From Candidatus Limnocylindrales bacterium (GTDB lineage Bacteria; Chloroflexota; Limnocylindria; Limnocylindrales; CSP1-4), in NCBI GenBank assembly GCA_036274475.1, contig DASUFO010000054.1, positions 3,420-67,419 on the forward strand: a stretch of DNA of 64,000 bases, read 5' to 3'. A program made the position numbers and the translations under genes. Positions 1 to 9,731 of this stretch are shown here, one piece after another. The notes under the pieces were generated by a model, which saw only the letters and a program-made list of their open reading frames with translations, had not been told where the DNA came from and searched no databases. The first letter of the stretch is position 1; each line of letters opens with the position of its first letter.

Positions 1-438
1 TCGTCGACGGCGACGACGCGTTGCGGCACGAGGTCGGCGAGGGTCATCGAGTCAAGCGTCGCCGTGATCGCGTCCCGGACGCGGACCCAGAGGACGTTGA
101 CGGTGCAGCGGGACGATCGATCGCACACGATCGCGTGCTCCGGGTCGTCGGATGCGCAGATCATCGGGGCGAGCGGGCCCTCCAGCGCCCGGAGCACCTC
201 GCTCATCCGGATGTCGTGGGGCGGGCGCGCCAGCTCATAGCCGCCGTGGGCGCCGCGGGTCGACGTGACCAGCCCCGCGTCGCGGAGGCTCATGACGAGC
301 TGCTCGAGGTAGGCGCGAGGGAGCTCTTCCTCCGCGGCGATCTCGGCGAGGCTCGCTGGACCCTGTCCGAAGTGGCGCCCGAGCTGGACCATCAGGCGGA
401 CGCCGTACTCGCCTTTCGTGCTGAAGGCGACGGCGCCG
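1..438 (-). CDS. Rrf2 family transcriptional regulator (IscR/NsrR-like), partial; the C-terminus lies beyond the window start
   Basis: Minus-strand translation reads ...STKGEYGVRLMVQLGRHFGQGPASLAEIAAEEELPRAYLEQLVMSLRDAGLVTSTRGAHGGYELARPP...ICASDDPEHAIVCDRSSRCTV..., a winged HTH followed by three spaced Cys typical of Rrf2 Fe-S regulators. It is absent from the ORF track because it is truncated at the window edge. No canonical start codon was found just upstream of STKGEYG, so the 5' end is uncertain. Confidence 0.6.
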
Positions 439-495
439 GAGCCGTGGAAGACGGGCCGTGCGGTGGGGTTTGCGACGTGGTTCAGGGGAGGGTCC

Positions 496-1467
496 TCAAT
501 CCCGAGTGATTTCGTCGGGATTGTACGGCGGGGCGTTGGAGAGCGTCAACGAGCGCAGGCGATGACCGACGCCATCGAGCGCGCCGCTGGCGCCGGCGAT
601 GCCCAGGAGCAGGAGGGCCGCGCCCAGGAGCTCCGGGGGCGTCAGGCGATCACCCAGCAGCACGAAGGCGCCAACGGCGGCACACAGTGGGGTCAGCAGC
701 AGCGACGCCGACGTGCGCCGCGCGGGCACGCGCGCCACGCTGGCGACGATGAAGATCTGGGCAATCAGCATCGGGCCGAAGACGAGGTAGGCGAGCGCGA
801 GCACCGCGACAGGATCCGGGTTGGCGGGGATCAGCTTCGCCGGCTCGCGAACGAGCTCAACGACGAGAAGGATCGGCCCTCGGCCGAAGAGCAACGCCAG
901 GACGACGATCGTGCCGGTGAGACCGCGCGTCGGCCCCCAGCGACGCGCGTTCACGAGGTACAGGCCGAACGACACGGCGGCGATCACACCGAATGCGATT
1001 CCGATGGCCGAGCTCCCGAGTGGGGCGAAGCCGGCGAGCAGCGCCGTCCCCACGAGGGAGAGGCAGAGCGCGACGACGACCGCTGGCCTCACCCGCTCCG
1101 CGAGGAGCGGGATCGCGAAGAACGTCGCGAGCACCGCGTACAACGACGACACGAAGCCGGCGATCGTCGGACCGCTCAGCGCGATTGCGATGTTCGCGCA
1201 GGCGATGAAGCTCAAGCCTCCGACGAGGGCCACGAACGCCAGGCGGAGGACGTTTCCGCGGGTTCTTTCGGTGAGAGCCGGCCGGGGCACAACGCCGAGC
1301 GCCGCCAGCAGGAGCAGGACGACGAAGGCGATCGTGCATGACAGCGCGGCGGTGCCGATCGGCGTGAACGAGCGGAGTGCGAATACCGTGATCGGGAACG
1401 AGAGCCCGAACAGCACCGCGGCTCCCGCAGCCGCGGCGATCCCCACCTGCTCGCGCGTCAGCCGCAT
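496..1467 (-). CDS. EamA/DMT superfamily transporter
   Basis: 323-aa polytopic membrane protein with about ten hydrophobic helices and a duplicated EamA-like architecture (MRLTREQVGIAAAAGAAVLFGLSFP...). Confidence 0.8.
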   Translation of the reverse strand: MRLTREQVGIAAAAGAAVLFGLSFPITVFALRSFTPIGTAALSCTIAFVVLLLLAALGVVPRPALTERTRGNVLRLAFVALVGGLSFIACANIAIALSGPTIAGFVSSLYAVLATFFAIPLLAERVRPAVVVALCLSLVGTALLAGFAPLGSSAIGIAFGVIAAVSFGLYLVNARRWGPTRGLTGTIVVLALLFGRGPILLVVELVREPAKLIPANPDPVAVLALAYLVFGPMLIAQIFIVASVARVPARRTSASLLLTPLCAAVGAFVLLGDRLTPPELLGAALLLLGIAGASGALDGVGHRLRSLTLSNAPPYNPDEITRD

Positions 1468-1647
1468 CCGTGAAGCCTACGCTGGCCCGAAAGAGGCAGG
1501 TCCTCGTTGCCCGCGCAGGACACCAAGCGTGCTTCACGTGTTTCCCACATGAGGTCTGGGGCTACCTCGCTGGGCCAGCCGGCCGGCGACTCGCAGGCTC
1601 CATCCCGACCGGTCCCACAGCTGGGGCCACCGCGGAGGACAACGGGA

Positions 1648-2208
1648 ATGTCTGCTTCGTTCCAACGACTGGCTCGGATCGGCGGAGCGGTCGCGCTCGC
1701 GACCGTGGCGTTCGCGTCACCGGCGGCGGCTGCCGCAAAGCACCTCGACATCGAGATCCACGACGGATTCCTGGACGACTTCCTGACCGAGGAGTGCGGA
1801 ACGACCGTGATCGTGGCATTCGATGCGTCACTGAAGGTCACGCTTGTCTACAACGATGAGGGCCTCATCGTGCGCGAGATCGATCCCAATGGGCCCGGGC
1901 GAACGACGTATACCGCACCGGACACCGGAAACACGTTCTCGATCCCGTGGAGCGGCGGGACAATCGACTACGGCGACGGGGCAACGATCGGCTCCACCTG
2001 GACCTCCCAGACGCACGGGCTCCTGGGGCATATCCCCGGCTACATTGCGTCGGACGCAGGTCGGATCGTGTTCAGCGGCTATGTCTCCGGGTTCGACGAG
2101 TGGGGATCGCCCCTGATCGAGACGACCGACGTACTGTTCGAGGTCGGCAACCGCGAGGGCGGGAGTGGCGCGATCCTCGAGGCCTTCTGCGCGGCCCTGA
2201 CCGCGTGA
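1648..2208 (+). CDS. Secreted hypothetical protein
   Basis: An internal ATG at 1648 is preceded by GGAGGA. The product starts MSASFQRLARIGGAVALATVAFASPAAAAAK, a signal peptide. The rest has a mixed, non-biased composition and no recognised family. Confidence 0.55.
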   Translation: MSASFQRLARIGGAVALATVAFASPAAAAAKHLDIEIHDGFLDDFLTEECGTTVIVAFDASLKVTLVYNDEGLIVREIDPNGPGRTTYTAPDTGNTFSIPWSGGTIDYGDGATIGSTWTSQTHGLLGHIPGYIASDAGRIVFSGYVSGFDEWGSPLIETTDVLFEVGNREGGSGAILEAFCAALTA

Positions 2209-2287
2209 GACCGTCGCCGCCGACAGGGCGGCGCATCGTCACCGACCCCCGGCGGGGCCTCGCCGGGGGTCTCGGTCTGCCCGCGCC

Positions 2288-3931
2288 TTGACACGACACC
2301 GGGATCAGCGTATCGACCGCGCCATGGCGACCGGGACGACCCTAGGCAGGCTCCCCAGGGCGAACGACGCTCTCCGGGTCGTCGCCGTCGCTGGCGCCAG
2401 CCTCGCCTTTGTGTGGCTCGTCCTGGCGGCTGCGGGCGTCAGCGCCCGCGTGCCTGGAGCCACACCCGCCTCCGTGATCGCCGATGCGATGGTCGGGGTG
2501 ACGTTTGTGGGAGCGGCCGCCGTCGCGACCGGACCCGCTGGGGCACGCGTCCTCTTCGGGCTCGTCGGGATCTGCTGGCTCGCCGGGCCGTGGCTGGCCG
2601 CGCCGACGCTCCATGTCGGGGTCTTGGCGATCGCGCTGGTGACGTATCCGGCGCCGCGCCGCGCTTCCCTTCCCGCCTGGGCCATCGGCGGGGCAGGCAT
2701 TGCCGCCGCGGCGATGCAGGCGCCACGGCCGCTCATGGCGGTGCTGTTCGCGGCCGTGGGCGTCGTCGCCGTGATCGACGGGCGGAGACGGGGTCATGTC
2801 GCTCGGTATCCGGTCCTTGCGGCTGCGGGATTCGCGGCGACGGTCGCCACCGCCTGGATCGTCGAGCGCGATCCGTCAAGGTACGACCCGGCGGCGTGGT
2901 CGGCGGTGTACGAGGTCGCGCTCATCCTGATCGGAATCGGTTATGCCGTGGCGACGCGCGCCGGCGCCCGTGCGGCAGCCCACATCGCCGATGTCGTTCT
3001 TGGTGACGAACGCGCATCGGGGTTCGCGGGCCTCGAGGCGGTACTCCGCGAGGTGCTGGGCGACCCCACGGCGCGCGTCTATCGCTTCGATCCTGCGACC
3101 ACGACCTATCGAGACGCTGCCGGGTCAGGCCCTCAGCCTGCGTCAGGCCTGACGTGGCTGCCGGTCGACGAGGCGGGTCAGCCCGTCGGAGCCGTGGAAC
3201 ACCACTCCGCGCTGATGGCGGACGCCGCGATCGCAGCGTCCGTCGTCGAGGCGGTGCGGCTCGCTGCGCTCAACCGTCGCCATCAGGACGCTCTCGACGA
3301 GCAGGTTGCTGCACTGGAGGCCAGCCGCGCGCGCCTCGTTGCTGCAGCGGACCGGCAGCGCCGAGCGACGGCCGCTCGGCTGTATGCCGAGGTCATCGGA
3401 CCGGCCGAGCGGGCCGTGGCCACGATCGATGAGATCTCGGCCGCGGCGGGATCGGTGGATGGAGCCGACATCGATGGCCTGACGTCATTGGATGTGGCGC
3501 GGGCCGAGCTGTCCGGCGCGACTCGGGACCTGCGCGAGCTCGTCGCCGGGGCGCCGCCGGCCGGCCTCGGGAACGGCGGCCTTGTCGACGCCGTGCGTGG
3601 GCTTGCTGCTCGCTCGCCGATCCCCGTCACTGTGTCGACGAGCGGCGACCCCCGAGGGCCAGCCCAGGCAGAGGCAGCCCTGTACTTCGTCTGCTCGGAG
3701 GCGATCACGAACGCGGTGAAGCACGCGCAGTGCAGACGGATCGACGTCCGGCTCGAGGCGGGGGCCACATCGATGTCGGTCGCGGTCGAGGACGATGGGG
3801 TGGGCGGTGCGAACCCGGCCGGCTCGGGCCTCACGGGCCTCGCCGATCGAGTGGCGGCATGCAACGGCCGGCTCCGGGTGATGAGTTCGCCCGGAGCCGG
3901 CACGCGCGTGGTCGCAGAGGTGCGTCGCTAG
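2288..3931 (+). CDS. Membrane sensor histidine kinase paralogue 1 (HisKA_3 / NarX-DesK type) with the phospho-acceptor His replaced by Tyr and an intact HATPase domain
   Basis: About six N-terminal TM helices. The DHp region DRQRRATAARLYAEV aligns with ERKRIERDLHDGAQQ of the downstream paralogue. The C-terminus has a canonical N-box (EAITNAVKHA), D-box (VEDDGVGG) and G2-box (GSGLTGLADRV...GAGTRV). Confidence 0.75.
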   Translation: MTRHRDQRIDRAMATGTTLGRLPRANDALRVVAVAGASLAFVWLVLAAAGVSARVPGATPASVIADAMVGVTFVGAAAVATGPAGARVLFGLVGICWLAGPWLAAPTLHVGVLAIALVTYPAPRRASLPAWAIGGAGIAAAAMQAPRPLMAVLFAAVGVVAVIDGRRRGHVARYPVLAAAGFAATVATAWIVERDPSRYDPAAWSAVYEVALILIGIGYAVATRAGARAAAHIADVVLGDERASGFAGLEAVLREVLGDPTARVYRFDPATTTYRDAAGSGPQPASGLTWLPVDEAGQPVGAVEHHSALMADAAIAASVVEAVRLAALNRRHQDALDEQVAALEASRARLVAAADRQRRATAARLYAEVIGPAERAVATIDEISAAAGSVDGADIDGLTSLDVARAELSGATRDLRELVAGAPPAGLGNGGLVDAVRGLAARSPIPVTVSTSGDPRGPAQAEAALYFVCSEAITNAVKHAQCRRIDVRLEAGATSMSVAVEDDGVGGANPAGSGLTGLADRVAACNGRLRVMSSPGAGTRVVAEVRR

Positions 3932-5457
3932 TCGTCGATGCGGGTCCACGGCGCGAGGAACCACGGTCCGCCCGGAACACCCGGCTCGAAGAACGTGAGC
4001 TGGTCACCATCGAGCTTCCACCGGAAATCGTAGGGCGGAAAGCGCGGGTCCTCGACGGCGAAGAACGCCCGGTCCCCGCTGCCCTTGAGCGGCCCCTGCT
4101 CGAGTACCGCGCCGAAGTCCGTGTTGTTGCCGCAGTCACGCTCCGGTTCTTCCAGGGGGCCGCACGTGATCTGGAATCGCCCGTCGCGGACGGTCAGGGT
4201 CCAGATCCCTGTGTGTCCATCTTCATTGCTCATCCCGGCGTTAGTGACGGCGTCCAACGTGATCGTCGCGCGGTAGACGCCGTCCGGGATGGCGGCCGGC
4301 GTGTCGGGGAGAGAGGGCGTGGGCGACGCGGGCTTTGATTCGAGCGTGCGGCACGTGGCCGGGACGTCCGGCTCATCGATACCGGGATGTTCGGCCGCGA
4401 TCTTCTGGATCGCGGCGAGCAGCGGGCCCGAGACATCGTCCGAGGCGAGATCGTCGATCACGGGCTGCGCGGCTGCGCGGAGATCCGAGAGCTGGCCATC
4501 GCTCGCACGAACAAATCGGACCCCCTGGTCGCACAGCTCTCGCGCAAGCGGCGTCTCGTCGAACGCGAAGTCGAGGGCCGCCTGCGTCGCCTCGTCCGCC
4601 GCCGCACGCAACCAGCCCTGCTGTTCCGCACTGAGGGAGTCAAACCGGCGTTCCGTGACCGTCAGCACCTGGATCTTCGGCCAGAGCACCACGTTCGAGG
4701 TGACGAACGGTGCGAGAGCGCCCTCTCCACCCTGGTGGTACTGGGCCACGTCCAATTCGGTCCCCCGCAGCGTCCCGCGCTTGACGGCATCCTGCCAGTT
4801 TCCCTCGGGGGTGGCGGGCGTAGCGCCGAAGGCACGCACGGTAGCCTCCTGGACGGGTGAGCTGATGTAGCGGAACGGCTGCCCGGCCCAGTCGTCGAGC
4901 GAGAGGAGCGGCGCATCGGCGGCAAACGGCCTGCGGAGCGAGTGGACCGCCAGGCCGAGACCAACGAGCCCCGTGCCCTCGAGTCGGGCGAGGAGCTGGT
5001 CGGCGACGGGCCCCTGGGTGATCGCCTTGGCCGCCTCATAGTTGGTAATGGTCATCGGCGCGTCGATGACGCCGAGCCCGTCGATCCCTGCATCAGCCAG
5101 GCCGCGGGTCGCGGGCCAGGCGACGTCGAACTCGCCTCGCTTCATGGCTTCGACCATCGCGGCGTCGTCGAAGTTCAGGCCATCGTCGCCGTAGCGGGTG
5201 GTGATATCGACCTGGAGGCGACCGCCCGAAATGCGCTGGATCGCCTCAACGAACGTCGCCGATGCGATCGCGAAGTCGTTGACGTGCACGGCGCCATCGG
5301 TCGTGACCAGGCGAAGGGTCGTCGTCTCCGTCCCATCCTTTGGCCCCTGTCCGACACCACCCGCCGACCCAGGTGCCGCGCCGACCGGTCCGCAGGCGCT
5401 TGCCGCCAAGGCCGCAACGGCGACCAGGACAATCGTTCGAAGGGTGCGGGTGTTCAT
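3928..5457 (-). CDS. TRAP-type DctP-like periplasmic solute-binding lipoprotein with an extra roughly 180-aa Cys-containing C-terminal domain
   Basis: The chosen start is the ATG at 5457, six nt downstream of GGAGG. The product begins MNTRTLRTIVLVAVAALAASACGP, a lipobox. Residues about 40-330 resemble DctP family SBPs (TTRYGDDG..., EAMKRGEFDVAW...). No DctQ/DctM permease genes are nearby. Confidence 0.65.
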   Translation of the reverse strand: MNTRTLRTIVLVAVAALAASACGPVGAAPGSAGGVGQGPKDGTETTTLRLVTTDGAVHVNDFAIASATFVEAIQRISGGRLQVDITTRYGDDGLNFDDAAMVEAMKRGEFDVAWPATRGLADAGIDGLGVIDAPMTITNYEAAKAITQGPVADQLLARLEGTGLVGLGLAVHSLRRPFAADAPLLSLDDWAGQPFRYISSPVQEATVRAFGATPATPEGNWQDAVKRGTLRGTELDVAQYHQGGEGALAPFVTSNVVLWPKIQVLTVTERRFDSLSAEQQGWLRAAADEATQAALDFAFDETPLARELCDQGVRFVRASDGQLSDLRAAAQPVIDDLASDDVSGPLLAAIQKIAAEHPGIDEPDVPATCRTLESKPASPTPSLPDTPAAIPDGVYRATITLDAVTNAGMSNEDGHTGIWTLTVRDGRFQITCGPLEEPERDCGNNTDFGAVLEQGPLKGSGDRAFFAVEDPRFPPYDFRWKLDGDQLTFFEPGVPGGPWFLAPWTRIDD

Positions 5458-5591
5458 GGCTTGGCCTCCAAGTGTGGTCTGTGTGGAGGCGGACCGTAGA
5501 GATGGAGTCGCCGTGCCGAAAGCGGGGTGCCACGGGCCGACGTGCGGAAAACACGGTGTGCGCGACAACCCCGGCCGGTGACAATCCTGAC

Positions 5592-7307
5592 ATGACGGTC
5601 CGGGCCGACGGACGCGCCACGGGCGGTGACGGTTGGGGGACGGCCGCGGCAGTCCTCGTCACGCTGCTTGGGATCGCGATCACGATCGCATTCCGCATCG
5701 CACCCCAGGATTCGGTCTTCTTTCGGTCGATGCCCGTCTGGCTCGATGCGGTTGGTGTCGCTGCCGCGGGATGTGTCACTGTGGCCGCGTGGGCGGCGCG
5801 AGCGATCCGACCGCGGTCGGTCATCGGCCTCGCCGTGCTTTCGGCGGCCCTCGTTCTTCCGATTGGTGGCGCGTGGTCGGGGGCGCCGAACGCCCTGCGC
5901 GCCGCGGCACTGGCACCCTTGCCCCTTGCCATCGCGGCGGCCTGCCACGTCGCAGTCGGGTGGGGACACGAACGACACGGTCGCGGGCTGCTCGCCGTCA
6001 CGTACGGCCTGACCGGCGGCGCGTTGGTCCTCCTCCTCGTCGGTTATGACCCGTTTCGGGACCCCTCGTGCGATCGGACCTGCCTCTCAGCGCCGGCGCT
6101 GGTCGAAGGGTGGCTGCGAACGCCGACCGTGCTGGCCACGACGCGCGTTCTGACCGTCTGTGCGGCGATTGCCAGCATCATCGGCCTGACGCGTCTCGGG
6201 AATGCAGCTGGCGTGCCGCGGACCCTGATTGTCGCGGCCATCATCGCCGAGGTGTTCCTCGTGCCGGGCGTGATCGGCGTGCCAGGCGGATTGCTGCCCG
6301 GTAACGCCTTCGCTGCCGCGTACGTCGAGGCACTGCTCCAGGCCCTGGCCGCAGTGGCGGTCGGGACGAGCGTGCTCGTGCATGCCCGGGGCCTCGCGCG
6401 GGCCCGGGCAGCGACGAATGCCCTCGTCGCTCGTCTCGCCGACCCGCTCGGCTCGCTGGGCCCAGACGCCGCCCCCGTTGCCGCGCACTACGCCGTTCCC
6501 GGCGAAGACCGTTGGGTGGACGGCGCGGGCCGGACGCAGGACGCAGTCCCTCCAGCTCGATCCATCGTCATCACCGATCCTGCCGGTCCGGTGGCGCGCG
6601 TCATCGGCCCTGCCGTCGACGCCGACGATCTTCGTGACGCATTCGGTCCGGCGGCGCGCCTGGGCCTCCACAACGCCCAGCTCGCCGCGGCAACCGCGGC
6701 CCACATGGCGGACCTCCGCGCGTCGCAGCGTCGCATCGTCACGACGGCAGATTCCGAGCGGAAGCGAATCGAGCGTGATTTGCACGACGGGGCGCAGCAG
6801 CGGCTGGTCAGCGCAGCCTTCCACCTGCGCCTGGCTCGCAACCGCCTGATCGCGCACGACGACCGACTCTCCGCGGTCGAGGTGGAGGTCGCGCGAACCC
6901 TCGAGCGGCTCCGGACCCTGGGCAACGGCATCTTTCCCAGGGCTCTCGCCGAGGAAGGCATTGGGCCGGCGCTCGAAGACCTGGAGCGGTCGACCGAGCT
7001 GCCGTTGTTCGTGGAGACGGAGGGACTCGACGGGGTTGGGCACGACGCATCGATGGCCGCCTACGCCACGGTGACCACGGTGGTGGACCGGGCGCGCGAC
7101 GCCGTGACCGACCCATCCATTCGGGTGCGGGCAGCACGCGATGGCCCCGAGCTTGTCGTGCACATATCGGCGACTCATGTTCCGCCGCTCGACGATGCGA
7201 CCATGACCGAGCTCGCGGATCGGGCCGGCGCGAGCGGTGGCTCAATGACCGTCACGTCGGGCGAGGGCAAATTCGAGCTGGAGCTCAGGGTGCCATGCGC
7301 GTCGTGA
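5592..7307 (+). CDS. Membrane sensor histidine kinase paralogue 2 (HisKA_3 type) with the conserved His retained and a degenerate ATP-binding domain
   Basis: The start taken is ATG 5592 (MTVRADG...). Multi-TM N-terminus. The canonical H-box ERKRIERDLHDGAQQRL is present. The C-terminal domain lacks the N-box Asn, the DxGxG motif and the Gly-rich G2 loop (…VVDRARDAV…HISATHVPPLDD…TELADRAGASGGSMTV…). The stop overlaps the response-regulator start. Confidence 0.7.
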   Translation: MTVRADGRATGGDGWGTAAAVLVTLLGIAITIAFRIAPQDSVFFRSMPVWLDAVGVAAAGCVTVAAWAARAIRPRSVIGLAVLSAALVLPIGGAWSGAPNALRAAALAPLPLAIAAACHVAVGWGHERHGRGLLAVTYGLTGGALVLLLVGYDPFRDPSCDRTCLSAPALVEGWLRTPTVLATTRVLTVCAAIASIIGLTRLGNAAGVPRTLIVAAIIAEVFLVPGVIGVPGGLLPGNAFAAAYVEALLQALAAVAVGTSVLVHARGLARARAATNALVARLADPLGSLGPDAAPVAAHYAVPGEDRWVDGAGRTQDAVPPARSIVITDPAGPVARVIGPAVDADDLRDAFGPAARLGLHNAQLAAATAAHMADLRASQRRIVTTADSERKRIERDLHDGAQQRLVSAAFHLRLARNRLIAHDDRLSAVEVEVARTLERLRTLGNGIFPRALAEEGIGPALEDLERSTELPLFVETEGLDGVGHDASMAAYATVTTVVDRARDAVTDPSIRVRAARDGPELVVHISATHVPPLDDATMTELADRAGASGGSMTVTSGEGKFELELRVPCAS

Positions 7308-7939
7308 TCGCAGACGACGTCATGCTCGTCAGGTCGGGCCTCGCCCGGCTGCTCGAGGACGCCGGCGTCCAGGTCGTTGGCGAGGCCGCCGATGGCGACG
7401 CGCTGACGGCGCTCGTTGCCCGCCAGCAGCCCGACGTGGCCATCGTCGACATCAGGATGCCGCCGACGCACACCGACGAGGGCCTTGTCGCTGCGCGCCT
7501 GATCCGGCAACAGTACCCGTCGACGGCCGTCGTGCTGTTGAGCCAGTATCTGGATTCTCGCTACGCGCAGCGGCTGCTGGCTGACCAACCGGTTGGCCTC
7601 GGCTATTTGCTCAAGGAACGGGTGTCGAATATCGCGGTTCTCGTCGACGCCCTTCGCCGAGTCACAGAGGGCGAGTGCGTGATCGATCCCACGATCGTGA
7701 CGCAGCTGATGCGCCGTCGCCGGCCAGGATCCGTGATCGACACGCTGACCGATCGCGAGCGCGAGATTCTGGGATTGATGGCGGAGGGGCGGTCCAACGC
7801 CGGCATCGCACGCGAGCTGGGCATCAGCGAACGCACCGTGGAGGCGGCCTGCGCACAGGTCTTCGGGAAACTCGGCCTGGAGGCCTCGCCTGACCTCAAC
7901 CGCCGGGTGCTCGCCGTCCTGACCCTGCTCCGGTCATGA
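7295..7939 (+). CDS. NarL/FixJ family response regulator (REC plus LuxR-type HTH)
   Basis: MRVVIADDVMLVRSGLARLL...DIRMP... is a receiver domain. The C-terminus LTDREREILGLMAEGRSNAGIARELGISERTVE is a LuxR HTH. It overlaps the HK2 stop by 13 nt. Confidence 0.9.
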   Translation: MRVVIADDVMLVRSGLARLLEDAGVQVVGEAADGDALTALVARQQPDVAIVDIRMPPTHTDEGLVAARLIRQQYPSTAVVLLSQYLDSRYAQRLLADQPVGLGYLLKERVSNIAVLVDALRRVTEGECVIDPTIVTQLMRRRRPGSVIDTLTDREREILGLMAEGRSNAGIARELGISERTVEAACAQVFGKLGLEASPDLNRRVLAVLTLLRS

Positions 7940-8053
7940 GGACGTCGAGAGCCGGCCGCGCTGTGCTCGCGCGTGTGCCGCATCGCCGCGGCCTGCGCCG
8001 AATCAAAGCCAAACCGGACGGGTTCTGGATGGTACGCGTGCCACGCTCGGGCC

Positions 8054-8479
8054 ATGGAGCTGATTTCGACCGACACGTTCCTCGGCCGCTACCCGCCGGC
8101 CGTCCAGCAGACCGCCCACGAGGTGCGCAACCTGGTCCGCGAATCGGTTCCGGACGCGATCGAGCGTGTGCGCGTCGGCTGGCAGTTGATCGGCTACGAC
8201 CTGCCGCTGCGCCGCTACGGGCTCTACTTCGCATACATCGCCCCGGAGTCGGACCATGTCCATCTCGGCTTTGAGTACGGTGTCTTCATGGACGACCCGC
8301 ATGGCCTGCTGCTGGGCGCCGGCCTCACGAAGCAGGTCCGATGGCTGGCGCTGGCTCGTCCCGACGAGATCGACCGGGACGCGACGATCGCCCTGCTCGC
8401 CGAAGGCGCCCGCGTAGCGGCCCTCACGCGCGACGAGCGTCTGGCACTCGTTCTGGAACGCGCGGCGCGGCCGGCATGA
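8054..8479 (+). CDS. DUF1801 (YdhG-like) domain protein
   Basis: MELISTDTFLGRYPPAVQQTAHEVRNLVRESVPDA...HVHLGFEYG... matches the DUF1801 pattern. The start was chosen at an internal ATG. Confidence 0.55.
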   Translation: MELISTDTFLGRYPPAVQQTAHEVRNLVRESVPDAIERVRVGWQLIGYDLPLRRYGLYFAYIAPESDHVHLGFEYGVFMDDPHGLLLGAGLTKQVRWLALARPDEIDRDATIALLAEGARVAALTRDERLALVLERAARPA

Positions 8480-8955
8480 CCGACGCACTGCCCGCGGAGT
8501 TCCTGCTCGAGGGTTATCCCCCCGCGATCCGTTCGACGGGCCTGGAGTTGCGCCGGCTGATCTTCGGGACGATCCCCGCCGCGGCCGAGAACGTCCGACC
8601 CGGCTGGCGCTGGATCGCCTACTCCCTGCCTGAGGCGCGGCGCGTGCGCAACTTCGCCTGGATCGGGCCCGAGCGGAAGCACATTCATCTGGGCTTCGAG
8701 CACGGAACGCTGCTCGCCGATCCGGACCGGCTCCTCCACGGCGCAGAGGAGCGGCTCCGTAAGTTCCGCTACTTCACATTCGAACCCGCGATCGACATCG
8801 ACGAAGCGATCCTCGTCGACTTCATTCGGCGGGCGGCGGATCTGGCGGTGATGTCGCCGAGCGAACGCCGGGCGATTGAGGAGGCCGGGCTGGAGCCGGT
8901 CGAGGACCAGGCGATCCCTGCCGATATCGAGATCGAGCTCGTGGACCGCGGTTGA
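8476..8955 (+). CDS. DUF1801 (YdhG-like) domain protein, tandem paralogue
   Basis: MTDALPAEFLLEGYPPAIRSTGLELRRLIFGTIPAA...HIHLGFEHG... Its ATG overlaps the TGA of the upstream paralogue (ATGA). Confidence 0.55.
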   Translation: MTDALPAEFLLEGYPPAIRSTGLELRRLIFGTIPAAAENVRPGWRWIAYSLPEARRVRNFAWIGPERKHIHLGFEHGTLLADPDRLLHGAEERLRKFRYFTFEPAIDIDEAILVDFIRRAADLAVMSPSERRAIEEAGLEPVEDQAIPADIEIELVDRG

Positions 8956-9030
8956 CCATCCGGGGCACCGGAGTGTGCGACGTACCACCCGGGCGATCCG
9001 TGGATCGCCCGGGTCGAACGCTCAGAAGGC

Positions 9031-9570
9031 TCAGCCGCGGAGCGGTGACGGCGCCTCTCGCCCAGCGTCGCGGATGAGCCGCCTGTACGCCGCCCCGTAG
9101 GCAACGGCACCCGCGACACCAGCCCCGATGTCCCCGGCCACGTCCCACCAGCCGCGCACGTTGCGCAGCCCGAAGATCTTGTCGCTCGCGATCTCCTGCG
9201 CCTCGAGTAGAACGTGCCCGGCAATCGACCACCGGACGGCGTCCGGCACCGGCATTCGGAAGAGCCAGGCGAACAGGACCGCGATGGCGCCGCCGCCGTG
9301 GGCATGCGGGATGAGATCGAAGTGCTTGTACGAGTCGTACCAATCGAACACGTTGCCTGCGAGATCGAGCGCAAACAGCGACACGTAGAGCGCATCGACG
9401 CCGGCCGGATACGGAACGCGCCGGTCCCGGACCCGCGCAGCCGCCCAAACCGCCGGAACGAACATCGTCGCCGGAAGCGCGACGGCCGTGAACCGCACCC
9501 CGATCCCCTTGCCGACGAAGCGGTGATCGTCCGGGCGGGCGCGCAGCACACGCGCCAGCATCACGAGCAT
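9031..9570 (-). CDS. Hypothetical integral membrane protein (His-rich motif HFDLIPHAHGGG)
   Basis: Hydrophobic helices throughout. The 5' end is uncertain. The longest ORF reaches 9768 but would overlap the divergent gene starting at 9732, so an internal start near 9570 was chosen. Confidence 0.4.
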   Translation of the reverse strand: MLVMLARVLRARPDDHRFVGKGIGVRFTAVALPATMFVPAVWAAARVRDRRVPYPAGVDALYVSLFALDLAGNVFDWYDSYKHFDLIPHAHGGGAIAVLFAWLFRMPVPDAVRWSIAGHVLLEAQEIASDKIFGLRNVRGWWDVAGDIGAGVAGAVAYGAAYRRLIRDAGREAPSPLRG

Positions 9571-9731
9571 GCTCGCCCGCAGAGCAACGTCGACGGCCGC
9601 GGCCGGCCGGAGAACGCCCACGTTCGCGAGTATCTCCCCGATCGCGCGTAACGGCAGCGAGACGCTGGCGTTATAGGCTCGCGATCCGGTTACGAGGGGG
9701 CAACGTCGATCGGTCGTGGTGAGGTGTAGCC

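Noticed and set aside
1507-1647. 47-codon N-terminal extension of the secreted-protein ORF
   Set aside because: The extension is Arg/Pro-rich. A strong GGAGGA RBS and a typical signal peptide begin at the internal ATG 1648.
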